DNA of 61,893 nucleotides, the filler included, from Choristocarpus tenellus KU-1152 (taxonomy: Eukaryota; Protista; Phaeophyceae), in NCBI GenBank assembly GCA_964200185.2. It is 7 parts of 7 records of this genome, joined end to end, with 100 filler letters (N's around TTAATTAATTAA, not from the genome) between each part and the next. Parts side by side here need not be neighbours in the genome. Positions count along the whole stretch, not along the records: positions 1 to 24,741 come from CAXNAD020000199.1; positions 24,842 to 29,563 come from CAXNAD020013333.1; 5 more parts are not named here. The stretch is one strand, 5' to 3'. The notes beneath the pieces are model-generated. The model saw only the letters and a program-made list of their open reading frames with translations, made no database searches and had not been told where the DNA came from. Numbering within the stretch: the first letter of the stretch is position 1; each line of letters begins with the position of its first letter. The position numbers and the translations under genes were made by a program. Shown in pieces: positions 14,901 through 25,999 of this stretch.

Positions 14901-17900
14901 GCTGGGAGGAGGCTGAGGCAGATGATTGGGAACATGAAAGTGGAGTAAGGTGAGAATAATTGTTATGAGAGCAGGGAGGGGTAAGGTAGAGAGAACGAAG
15001 CAATCATACTCTGAAATGGAAAGAGTTCGAGGGGCAGGAAGTGTGCTCAGTGCCCTTGTTGGCATGCGTTTTGTATTTTTTCCTAGCTATGCACAATTTA
15101 AACTCACTGGCTTGGTAATCAATTATTTTCCAGCGGTCTGTGCGGTTAGAAGACTGGTAAGAACTGTGGTTGTCTTCTAGTTACAGTTACGGTAATGGTT
15201 GGGAAATATATCCATGATTGGTCTATACTATAACCCTCAGAATCTCTACTGGACCATTGGCAATCATGGAAACATTGGAAAACCATGCATAACTGCCAGA
15301 ATTCCCCCACCATACTTTGGTGACCATGGTACTTTTCACCCTGCCATACCCTACAATCCAGGTAATATTCTAGTAAGCGACCATACTGTCAAATGTTCTA
15401 ATTCTGTGACTGTAGTATAACTGTACCGTCCAGTGGTGCACTTACTGAAAAAAATACAGTAACTGAAACTATATACTATGTAGTACTAGCGCTGCACTAT
15501 TATTATTATTATGTCCATTGATTTTTTGCAGATCGCTACAAATAATATGCCATACTTCCATCTTTCTGTTCTCATCTGTGTAACGGTCATGTTGTCATCA
15601 TTGCTTACCATAACGAAAAGAAGTACAACCATATCCGAGCTGTCAAAAACAGTACTCCAACTGTGGAGTGGAGCAATCTGATTGGTGGAATGAAACTGCA
15701 ACCGTAACTTAACTATAGTAAATATTTTCTCCTGTTCATGTTTTTACAAAACCGAAGTATACCATCGAAATTCCTTCCTCAATCAATTATTTTGGTCTCA
15801 AAGACAATGGTGGTCTTTGTGACCATGTCAACATATCTCATGGTTATAAATACCATTGTATGCAATTCGAAAGACCTCGATGGTAATAAATTGACTGAAT
15901 ATTACAAGTGGAACTGTGGAGATGTTTTTTTCAATTTGTCGAAATTTTTGCCCAAACTTTTTCTCCCATTTCGTCTTTACAAAAACAGTATACATCTAAC
16001 ATTGTGGGACTATTGAATTGTTTCCAGCATGAAAAAAATGTGTGCACGACCCCCGTTTTTATGTTAGAAAAGTGCTGTTCAAATTTCATAATCAATTTTG
16101 GAAAAGTTGTGAGAGAAAATTCATAAAATCAGTGCGATCTACCAACAACTCAATGTAAGCTGCTCTATTCCAATGATCAAAATAAACTTGTTCTATGTAG
16201 CTGTTTCAATAATTCATAAATAATGAGTTATGCACTTGACGGTGAAACAAGAACGCAAATATAATATTTTTGAGAAAAAAATCCAGTTCTATTTTAGTAG
16301 GGGTAGAGTTAGGATTATGATTATCAATCTGATGCACAGCACAGTAAGACCAAGGTGCAAGAATGAGTAATCTTTATCACTGATCGAAAAGCATCTGGTG
16401 TGCAGCATGCGAAGAAGTAAGTATTATGTTGTCTTCTAGCAACCCAATACGACAACTTACTGCAAATTTCTCCTCTGCATCTGAGACTGGCGGAAAGGCA
16501 ACCCACTGGTGAGCAAGCAGCCTCTCCAGAGAGAACCTTCCTCCAGCTATACAAGATAGATGAGAACCGGGTTTTATGTACTTCTTACCCTGCCTGAGAT
16601 GAGAGGTTATTGTACCCTCCTCATGTTAGTGTGTACTCCCTAACGTCAGTGTGAGGAAGTTCTCATCCAGCTTTGTTCTATTTTCTGTTGGCGAATCTGG
16701 AATATTCTCTCGAGTATAGATTTGAAAAATTGTGCTTGTGCTTGTGCTTGTGCTTGTGCTACTCTTTTTTCTAATTGATTATAAAGAGCACAGTGTTATA
16801 ATTCCTCAAGAGTCTCCAAAAGGGAGTCGTCTCAAATGCATTTTGTGAAGTGTTACATGGTTTGTCACTGCTTGGGGAATCTCTATGCTTGATGCACGAA
16901 ATTCCACCTCTATTCTCTTCCCACACCACTCTTCATCACTTGGTGCTGCAAATAATCTCACCGTTGCAACAAAGGCTCCTTCCATGACAGGGTAAAATGC
17001 TAGCTTATTGCCACACTTGCTATGACAAGCAAAAACCAAGTATTCTTCTGGACATAAGGTTTCTATGGTTCATAATTCTTACACCAGGTAGCCCCAAAAT
17101 TATGCTATTTCCAAATTGAAGGGCCTTGAACAGGAGAGTCACACTATTGGATTTCTAAGTGTATTTGAAGATGAACAAAATCATGTTCACACAGGTTTCA
17201 TACACTCTTATGTTTTAATGTTTTGAATTTTTTTAATGTAGTTATTTTGTTCTCCCATACAAAGAGCCAACACATGTGGTTCAATGGTTACCAATGAAGG
17301 TTGTAAACCTTCAAACCATACCATTTTCTGCAATTTGTGCAGTGTTCGCCAGGAATTCGGAATTAAATCCTGGCAGTCCATGGTTAATGCTCCATTTCCC
17401 TTCAACATGCACACAAGTCAGACAATTCACATATATTTCATGCACCTGTGCAAACACATGACATGCAATCCTGTGCATGTGTACTGAAGTGCTCAGAGCA
17501 TGCACAGAAGTTCACCACCACAGTCAAGACTCTCCGGTGGCATAGGGGAGCACAAGGGCTCCCTTGGGCCACATGGTTCCCCCTCCCACCCCACCATCCC
17601 TGTGGCGGTTGCCCCCATACATGCCCCTACTGCCACTTCTGCCCCACCTCCTGGCGGAGGGCACCAGCAACCCACCCTCGCTGGTGTAGAGGATCTTCTG
17701 CCACTTCTCACCCCCCAAGCATTGGTTGCAGCCTCGAATAATTCTGGGTCAGGAAGGGAGGCAGGAAATTCAGCTGGGGGTCAGGGGACAGAAGGTTGGA
17801 CTGGAACTGGTTCCATGGCTAGCTCTGGAGCTGGGGCTGGGTCAGGGGAAGGGGCATCAGGGGCCAGGGATGTGGATGGAGATGAGCAATTAGGGTGGGG

Positions 17901-20900
17901 TGGAGTTAGAGGACTGGAAGGCTCAATTGAAGCGATGATCCACTATGGAGAGGGGGAGGGAGAAGGACCGGGGGAAAGTGCAACAGGGGAGGGAGGGGGT
18001 GAGGGGGAAAGGGAGGATGTGGGTTTGTCAGAGCAAAGGTGAGTTTTGGTTGTCTTTCAAAGCTTGTTTGGTTCTGGTTTTAATTAATTGTTATGATGAT
18101 TGTGATAAGTACTACATATGTGCTTCGGCTGATGTTGGTATCCTATCCACATTCATGTAAAATGGGGCTGCTGTAATCATGAAGGGTGCCTTGGGGGAGA
18201 TTATGTGTTGAGAGTGTAGGGGCACATGGTGAGGTAGTGGACCACTTGACACTGCTGTTTTGAAACCCTACCGAATGACTGATGTTGAGAAGAGGAACCT
18301 ATCCATGTTTTGGATCATACATTAATTTTCTTTCCCCAGTAATGTGCATTCCTAACTCTGGTAAACTCTTGTACCACCTGCTCTCAAGTTCACATAGTGG
18401 TGTGACCGACCCCTTCCTATCAACCCCCAACGCCACTTCCCCCCTCCTTCCACAGTAGTTGATCCCCAACTCCCCCTGTGTTGCTATCAGTGTTTCTGTC
18501 TCTGTTTCTGAGGAGCGTCAGACTGTGGGTGCCATCACGACAGAGAGAAGACTTCGCAGCTCAACTACCTCTTCTCAAGGGGGTGAAAGCACAGATGCCT
18601 TCTTCCAAGATGGGGGCGGAGGGGGAGGAGGGGGTGCAGGGGCTGGAGAACCCTCATCGAGTACCTCTCCTTCACCAGCTGGGGATGCCTCTGGAGGTGT
18701 GACAGCTAGGCACCGGCAGGCTTCTTGGGGGGTGGGGGGGCGGTCAACAGTATCGTCTGTGGGCAGGTTTGTGGTAAAGGGCTTGGGGGACAAGATGAAG
18801 GAATTGATGTGATTTTTGTGGTGTTTGGAGAGGGTCAGGTTATGTTGATGTTAGGTAGTGGTTATCTGATGTGGCAATTTGCTGCAGTATGTTTTCCTCC
18901 ATTTTTCGGGGTTGAATGGAAGCCTACAGCTGTTGCTGTGACAGTAGTGTTTGTTGCCAGATTGGTTTTGTCTGGAAGTATTGAGTCTGTGGTAGGAAAT
19001 TGAGAGGATTAAGCCTGTGTTTGAGATGAAGATATGGGTGATGCATGTCAAACATATTGCAGACTGACTCTCATATATTCCTCTCATTAATCCTTTCAGT
19101 TTACTCTAGGGTTATTGCACCGTTGCACTGTTGTTTGTTGTCTCAAAAGTCCAATCGCTCCCTACATCGTACTCATACCCTATTAGTGGTACCAAACTGG
19201 AGAGGTAACCATGGTGGGTCAACTGTTTCTGTCATAATAATGTTACTATACACTACTTTGTAGTACATATTTGAGATGATTCTCCCACCCTGTGGAACAC
19301 ACTGTGATCAGAAGAGTACAATTTATTAGACCATTTATACATGTCTTCATCTTATCTCTTCTTGACCTTCCCTCTCCTCTGCTTTATGGCAGGGAGGCAG
19401 ATGACAGTGCTGGAGCCTCTTCTCCGCTTACCAACAACCACCCTGCTGCTTCCAGCTTGTTTGCTAACATGGGTACAGGCTCGAGTTCTGGGGCTGGGGC
19501 GGTTGATGGGGTGGTGGCTGGGGTAGGTGTAGTGGCAGGCACAGTATGGGATGATGGTGCGATCTCTAGTTCCACAGCTGGTGGGGAAGCTAGTCATGAC
19601 AGCAGAGCGCCCCAGGTATCGTGCTGTATTCTGTAGGTACAGAAATTGTTGCAGGCAAGGATTTTTGTATCCTCTTCCAGATTATCCTATTTTATATCCT
19701 CCCTCCCCTATTGCTGTGCCCCTGCTTGAAGGGTCAAGGGATTGCATTGTAGTAAGGTCACCATGACTATAATTCTGTATCAGATTAAACATGTTTTGTT
19801 TCACTGGTGGCTTCTCACCCTTGTTTTTAGATCACTACTATGCCAGTATTATTTATTCGATTGGAATGTTATGTACAAGCAGTAGCTCCCCCTCATGCTC
19901 CTACTTGCAACCCACCTCCCATGATGGGTTCCTCTCTTTGTGCTGTAGAGACAGCAGCAGCATGTGTCCTCCTTCCAGGGGGTGGCAGTCAACCGCTCTG
20001 CCACACTCACACTCCAGTCCCTAGTGATGGGAGGGGGAGGGCGCAGGGGAAGGAGGGCGGGGGGATCAGTGTCAGGAGCAGGAGCAAATCCTATTCTCTC
20101 CCATGACTCATCACATGGGGCCCTGGCAGGTGCAGGTCTTGGGGGAGGAACAGGAGGCGGGTCTGGTCCCAGACAGATGCCACAGGGAGGGATGATAATA
20201 GGCACAACTCCAGTTTCACTTCCAAGGTGGAGATTAGACGACCTTGCTCAATAAGATTCTCTGTGGAGCTCTGGGCTCAGAACCTTCTTTACATTGCATG
20301 TTTCATCTGTTTTGTCATCTGATCGATTGAGCTTTGGAGTAGGTTGTAAGATCTTTTGTATTGTGCCAACAAAGATCTGGAATATGGTGAGGGGCTTACA
20401 GTATGCCCCTTCTTGATATAGGCTAGACTTTGCCCCCATTTTGGTAGTGTCTAAAATCCACAAACAGCAAGCAGGAAGCAGGAAGTAAATCACAACTATT
20501 TGGGATAGGAGCAGGATAAACCATTTGCTTACTTTCCCTCAATATTTTGGGACAAAAGAATGTTAAGGATGCATACAACAAGTACTCCTTAGGTTTGAAT
20601 TTAATGTTGGATATGTTGTTTTGAAGGTTTTAGTGGTGTGTCTCTCTTCTTGTTGAGAGTTTCTTGTATTTCATCTTTGTGGTTTTGCATCATTATCTCA
20701 TTCCCATCCTCTTTTGTTCAACCTGCCATTCCCATCTCACCCCCTATCTCACCCCCCCCCCCCCACTCACCCCTGCCCCCACTCCCTAACAATTCACCTT
20801 CCCCATCTCCCCAGGCCTGATGCAGAGGGGGCAGGTGCTGGTATCCCTAGGCTGTCCACCTCCTCAGACATCTATGTTTCACCCACCATAGGCACAGCCT

Positions 20901-23900
20901 CTGTTGCCTCAGTTGGTACAGGACCAGATCAAAGGGTTGAGGTGGGGGCAGGAGGTGGAGCAGTTGGGGGGGTGACAGTTGGTCAAGGAGAGGGGCAGGG
21001 CCCCAGGCAAGGGGTTGGGCTTGGGGAAGGAGGGGCTGGGGTAGCGGAGGGTGTGCTGTCAGTGGATGAGGGCTTGATGAGTGACATAGCAGCAAGATTA
21101 ACTGCGGTGAGTCTTGGAAAGAGATTACTATGGTGTTTCTAAGGTCAACATTTTGCTTCACCCCCCAAAGTAGTGTTTTCACAACAGGGGAAGGCATTGG
21201 ATGTGTTTGGGGAGAGGGGGATGTCATGGTAGGCAGAGATATTTGCTTTATGATTGATGGATTGAATGATACATATCAGAGCTTATGTGTATCATATTAT
21301 TGTTGGTTATACATTGGTGAAAGATAGCTGAGATGCATGTGGGGGGTTGGTAATGGATATTTGAGGGTAAAGGAAATCATGTTACTATCGTCATCCTTGA
21401 CAACCAATGTATTCATGGAAGGTGGTCATCGTCTCAACAATGTGACCAAACTGAGAATATTCAAGAGTGCCATTACATCTGTACTTCAATCCTCCAAGTT
21501 CGTGCTAAGATCAATTGATAAAGGGCATGTTATAAGATAAAATATGACAAACTGATTGTCCGTAATATATTTTACTAGTACCTTTACTGATGGTGTTGAC
21601 ACCCAGTGCTGTCCCCAATTGCTGTGGCTCACCACTCACGCGTTAGCAGTACTTCAAACTTGAATGCACCCCATACAGTTAAATACTAGTCACAACAGAA
21701 GTCATCACACAAGAGTGAATATCTGAGCAATTCAGAAAAGTAATATGTGATCAACAAAATCCACAGTCTGTCTCCACTTCTGTTACTCTTTTGTGCTCTT
21801 TATCATCTTGTGTTTGCAGGAGATGGCCACATCCATGGCAAGTTTGAAGGAAGCTCTAGCCCTAGCCTTGAGGGAGTCCGTAGACACCACCTGCCGAAGT
21901 GTGCTTACTGAGATGATGCCTAGTGTGTCCAACACCACGGCAAAGGCTGCTGCAAATGCGGCTGGAGCTGCTGCAGAAGCAGGAGCATCCTCTGCTGTAT
22001 CAGGTATGCTATGCTATCCCCAAATACTATATATGGCATTACTTTTAATATATGTGGGAGGAAAGTGTCACTCATGATTGGATGCAGGGTGGGTTCATTG
22101 TATGGTGAGTTGGGAAGAAGTTTGATGGAGAAGGAGTATTACCAAAGCATCACTCATTCTGTTTGGGTATCGTGTCTGCTAGCCTTGCAGTGGTGAGGGT
22201 TTTTAAAGGTACACTGTAGTTATAGCATATGACTTTATGAATGGTGAAGCACATTTTTTCTCAGTGAAGACATCAACTTTGTTTTTGTATGCACAAATTC
22301 TTATACACAGGGCAAGATATATATAATAAGTTTATGCCACCACAGCAGGCTATGTGGTAATTTTTCATCGTCGTTGAAACTCATTCCCCTTCCCTCCCGT
22401 CTCCACCCTGCCCCATATACCCCAACTCCAGGCAGCTCCCAATAGTCCATACTATGCTCAAACCCATCCCCACTGCCAGCACCCTTTGACTCGATGCCCT
22501 ACCTTGCCTTGGACTTTGCTGAATGGGGGCTCAGGGGTGAGACGGAGTGAGAGGGAGGCAATGTTGAGTGAGGTTTACTCTGCAGTGGAGGGATCTGTTC
22601 GTCAAGGCATGTCAGAGGGAGTTGTTGGGCCCCTTGGCAAGCTTGTCATGACTGTAGCACGGCAGGTGGTGGCTGAGCCCTTACAGGTGAGAGCAAGGAC
22701 AAGAGAATGGATGTGAAAGGAGCAGGAAAGGAGAGGTGAGATGTGATGGGGTCCATCGTCCACTCTCAACCACCTTTTATCTACAGTGTAGTAGAAAGAC
22801 TTTTTTTTTGTCTTACTCAAGTAGTGCACCCAATTAGATGATTTTTGCAACCTCGTCAATGTTCAGTGAAGCCTGTGTAGTAAGGATCTCAAGCATGATG
22901 CATAGCCCACCTCTGGGTGAGAGAGAATTGTTGTTTCAGGAAGGATGTGCAAGGTAGAAGGAATATTTTATCTGGAGTCCCCCCAACCTGCTCTCACTGC
23001 CTTGTTGCTTTAGATACACACCTACATACAATTTTTCCTTGTCTTTGTCTCCCTTTTTGTGTATCGTTGGCACACAGGCATCCATGACCTCCCTTCACAA
23101 CCAGCACCAGCACAACCTTCAGCATGTCACTGCTGCCGCGAGTGCTGGGGCACAGGCAGGCACGCAGGCAGCGGTGCAAGCCCCTGCCTTCCACCAGGCA
23201 GCAGCAAGAGCTTCTGCTGGGTGGGTGAGGCAGGAGGTGAGTGAGCCAACAATTTTACTGAACTGAGTGCTCCTCTTCCCATGAAACTATTGTGTGCCCA
23301 GGCAAATGAACATGAGATGATTGTACTTAAACCCATTTTAGAGGATGTAGATGCGATTGGACGGGTGGTTTAATGGTTCGGAGGGATAAAGGGGGGGGTA
23401 TGTTGTAGATAGGTGACAACTGTGGTGACTTTGATGGAGATCCCTGCGGCTGTCTAATTGAGATTGTTTATGTGGTAAGGCAAGGAATACAAAAAAAATG
23501 GTTGGTACTGTGTTTTGTGTTTTTTTTATGTTAAGAATTGTCTCATGTTGTCTGTATGTGTGTGTGTGTGTTCACATAATCATTGTCCTATTGTCGCTTC
23601 TTTTTTTTCAGGTGATGGAATGCCGCGAGGTGTTGGCTGGGGCTGTGGTGACAGCGGCCTCAGAACCTGTGGGAGCAGCCTTCCGTCAGTGCTTTGAGAC
23701 ACAGCTAATACCAACTCTTCAGGTAAGGAATAGCAAGCAAGGGAAGGAATGAATGAAGTGGGGAAGCAGAAGGGGTTACATATTTGTTTGTTGGCTAGGA
23801 GAAAGGTTGGAGAACTGCCAAACTGAAGAAAAATGAGGAACAAGAGAACAAAATTAAATAGGGGGAGGTGGGGGGGAGGAAAAAAATCGGTATACTCTTC

Positions 23901-24497
23901 AGTAGTTTTGAGTATATTTGACATGGTTGAGTTGAAGGGAACTGGATTGGATGATGTACTCTACTTTTGAGAGGGCAAAGAGGAAGGAAGACGGGGGAGA
24001 GATGAAATTCAAAACGTAACCAGATCAATGCCAATAGCAAGGAGATTTTTTTTTTTAACATACGTTCCCTGTTATTCTTCATGTTTTCATATGTTCTATG
24101 CATTAGAAGTATTTATATCTCTTCCAAGCCCGTCAATGGAGCTGGAGATTGTAATGTCAAAATTGCAAGTATCCTTCGTTGCAAGTGTTGTGTTTTCTAC
24201 TACAATTACAGCAGGAGTTTGTGCTTTACTCACTTCGGTTTGTGTGTGTCTGATACATCACCAAAGACTCTGGAACGAACTGCTCTCTTGTTTCGTACAC
24301 AGCTGCACTGCAAAGCATGACCCACCTGAAATGAATTGATGCACACTCAGCACACTCACACCTCCCCTCTACTGTTTCCAGACCGCTGTGCAGCGTATGT
24401 TTGACCAGATCAATGCTGTGTTGACTAGAGGGCTGCAAGCGTCGCCCCTCGTTAACAACCAGGCAGAAGCGTTGGTCGGAGATGTTGTTCACATACG
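5958..24497 (+). CDS. EDC4: Enhancer of mRNA-decapping protein 4 (EDC4/Ge-1/VARICOSE)-like; N-terminal WD40 propeller, long Gly/Glu/Ser-rich linker, helical C-terminal region; 21 exons before the assembly spacer
   Basis: Hand-spliced GT-AG exons with consistent phases: 5958-6203, 6782-6970, 7512-7738, 8291-8345, 9114-9248, 10068-10190, 10529-10678, 10872-11089, 11687-11811, 12286-12707, 14615-14949, 17508-18038, 18491-18766, 19393-19615, 19979-20226, 20815-21106, 21820-22003, 22535-22686, 23078-23236, 23612-23722, 24382-24497. Motifs in EDC4/VCS order: AANQSFLCYTIKTLIRVIH..ARALLK, VAWHP, GHAWQVNDCSFS..LMATAGKDGLVMLWD (WD40), IIVTGEDANHLIKVW, RMDYLRPYSLAHPVLSF, LVCVQTKPVQIY, AFRQCFETQLIPTLQTAVQRMFDQINAVLTRGL. 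Boundaries of low-complexity middle exons are less certain. Confidence 0.85.
12800..14340 (-). mobile_element. Degenerate Ty1/copia LTR-retrotransposon pol fragment in EDC4 intron 10
   Basis: Broken minus-strand motifs in copia order: GTIVGWY (GxFVGY), FAAEGYYSLIGDHLE (LVAxGxxQxxGxDYxE), LYLDVNPF (QLDVxxAF), IKSL (KSLYG), LFVDHL (YVDDL). Many stops and frameshifts; boundaries approximate. Confidence 0.55.
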
Positions 24498-24741
24498 GTG
24501 TGTCATACCTGTCTGCGTTGTGTCTATGCTTTACGGGTTTTTTGTTTTTTGGACACGTGTTTTGTTTGCACCTACAGTTTTTTATGTGATTTTCTTATAT
24601 GTACACGGTAAGATGAATGATCAACTAGGCTTTGCAGGGAGCTCTTCTATGTATGCATGTTGGGGGGGGGGGGGGGGGGGTTTTTTTTTGTTTTTGTGGT
24701 TAACCTTTTCGGAGTTTTGTTTGTTTCCATCTTTTTTTTTT

Positions 24742-24841
24742 NNNNNNNNNNNNNNNNNNNNNNNNNNNNNNNNNNNNNNNNNNNNTTAATTAATTAANNN
24801 NNNNNNNNNNNNNNNNNNNNNNNNNNNNNNNNNNNNNNNNN
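24742..24841. other. Artificial assembly spacer (also 29564-29663, 36785-36884, 42777-42876, 47148-47247, 59112-59211)
   Basis: Each is exactly 44 N + TTAATTAATTAA + 44 N; the 12-mer gives stop codons in all six frames. Confidence 0.97.
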
Positions 24842-25200
24842 CCCCCCTCCCCGCGCCATATAATTCAACCCTATTGCCAGTCACCTAAAACATGAGGAAT
24901 ATAGAATAGATGTCGGGTCTTAAAGTTGCGTCTACTGCAAATGTCTCGAGATGCACGATGACCTCCCCTGAATCAACACTATATTCATATGCTCAGGGTT
25001 CTTTCGTGAGCTATTTCCCACAACCCTATTCATTTGACCCTATTTTTTGCCATCACCTATTGGACGGAGTCATTAGTCCTCATGTATACACCCCTCATGA
25101 AACTCGCCTTTCCCACGCACCCTGTTATTCCCTTTTACCCCGAACTTGGTTTGGCCTGACCTCACTTGAAGGCACGGTTGCAAATCCCAATCCTTGAGAG

Positions 25201-25501
25201 ATTGGTGGCAGAGAAGGACAACACAATCACGGCTCTAAGGGAAGACAAGGAGAGACTCCTCAAAGACCTGGTGGTAGCGCATTCTGTTCAGGACCGCTCA
25301 CTAGAGGAGGTATGGTTGACTCTGTAGCGGGATGGGGAGGGTATCTTCTGCAACCATCACACCTCTTAACCATCTTGCAGTATTCTTGCTGTACGTTTCC
25401 CTATGTTCTTCTGCTTTTAATCAATGACAACATATGCACAAGAATAAAAACGCCTGTTGAAGGTCAGGAAGGGATTTTTCACCAGAAGAGAAAGAGAGTG
25501 A
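25201..25501 (+). CDS. Two terminal coding exons (coiled coil, ending VRKGFFTRRERE*); possible last exons of the EDC4-like gene or of an unrelated gene
   Basis: Exon 25201-25309 (LVAEKDNTITALREDKERLLKDLVVAHSVQDRSLEE, GT donor) and exon 25463-25501 ending in TGA. The phase-2 start fits EDC4 exon 21, but these exons lie beyond the artificial spacer at 24742-24841. Confidence 0.45.
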
Positions 25502-25999
25502 AATGCTCAAGGCACAGCACACATGTTCATGTGACACTCCCAAGCCAGGCAGACTGAGCCAAAGTGCAACTCTGCACAGCTTGTGTCATGGACCTTGAAG
25601 AGGAATACCGAAAACTGCATATCGAGAAGAAATCAAATGTGCACTAAAGAACAGAGGCGTACCGATGGTCCTGGACGTATTGTAACAAGTAGAGAGGAAG
25701 ATAATATGCTTCTCATCATGAAGTCTTCGGTTAGTAGTTTCTGGAGGTCCCTTACAAGCTGGACAGATGATGTATCCAGCTTAGTATGCCCGGCCTGGGG
25801 ACTTGGCAGTTAATGGTGGTGTGTTGTACCCTGAGCGTTTCAGTAGTGGTCTAGTGGAGAGAGGGGGAGTGTTGTAAGAGGGAGCAGAAGCATTATTGGG
25901 CGATTGCGAAGCAGATTTTGATACAGGGAAGAACTGGTATAGCTGGTTTGTCACCAAATTGTGAACTTTGACCAAGAATTGGAAATTGCCACCAACTAG

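Noticed and set aside
12133-21227. Pro/Ser-rich minus-strand ORFs (e.g. 12133-12531, 14740-15003, 19849-20205, 20847-21227)
   Set aside because: Antisense shadows of Gly/Glu-rich EDC4 exons.
24786-24797. Recurrent palindrome TTAATTAATTAA as a biological motif
   Set aside because: Always centred in a fixed 100-bp N block; an assembly linker.
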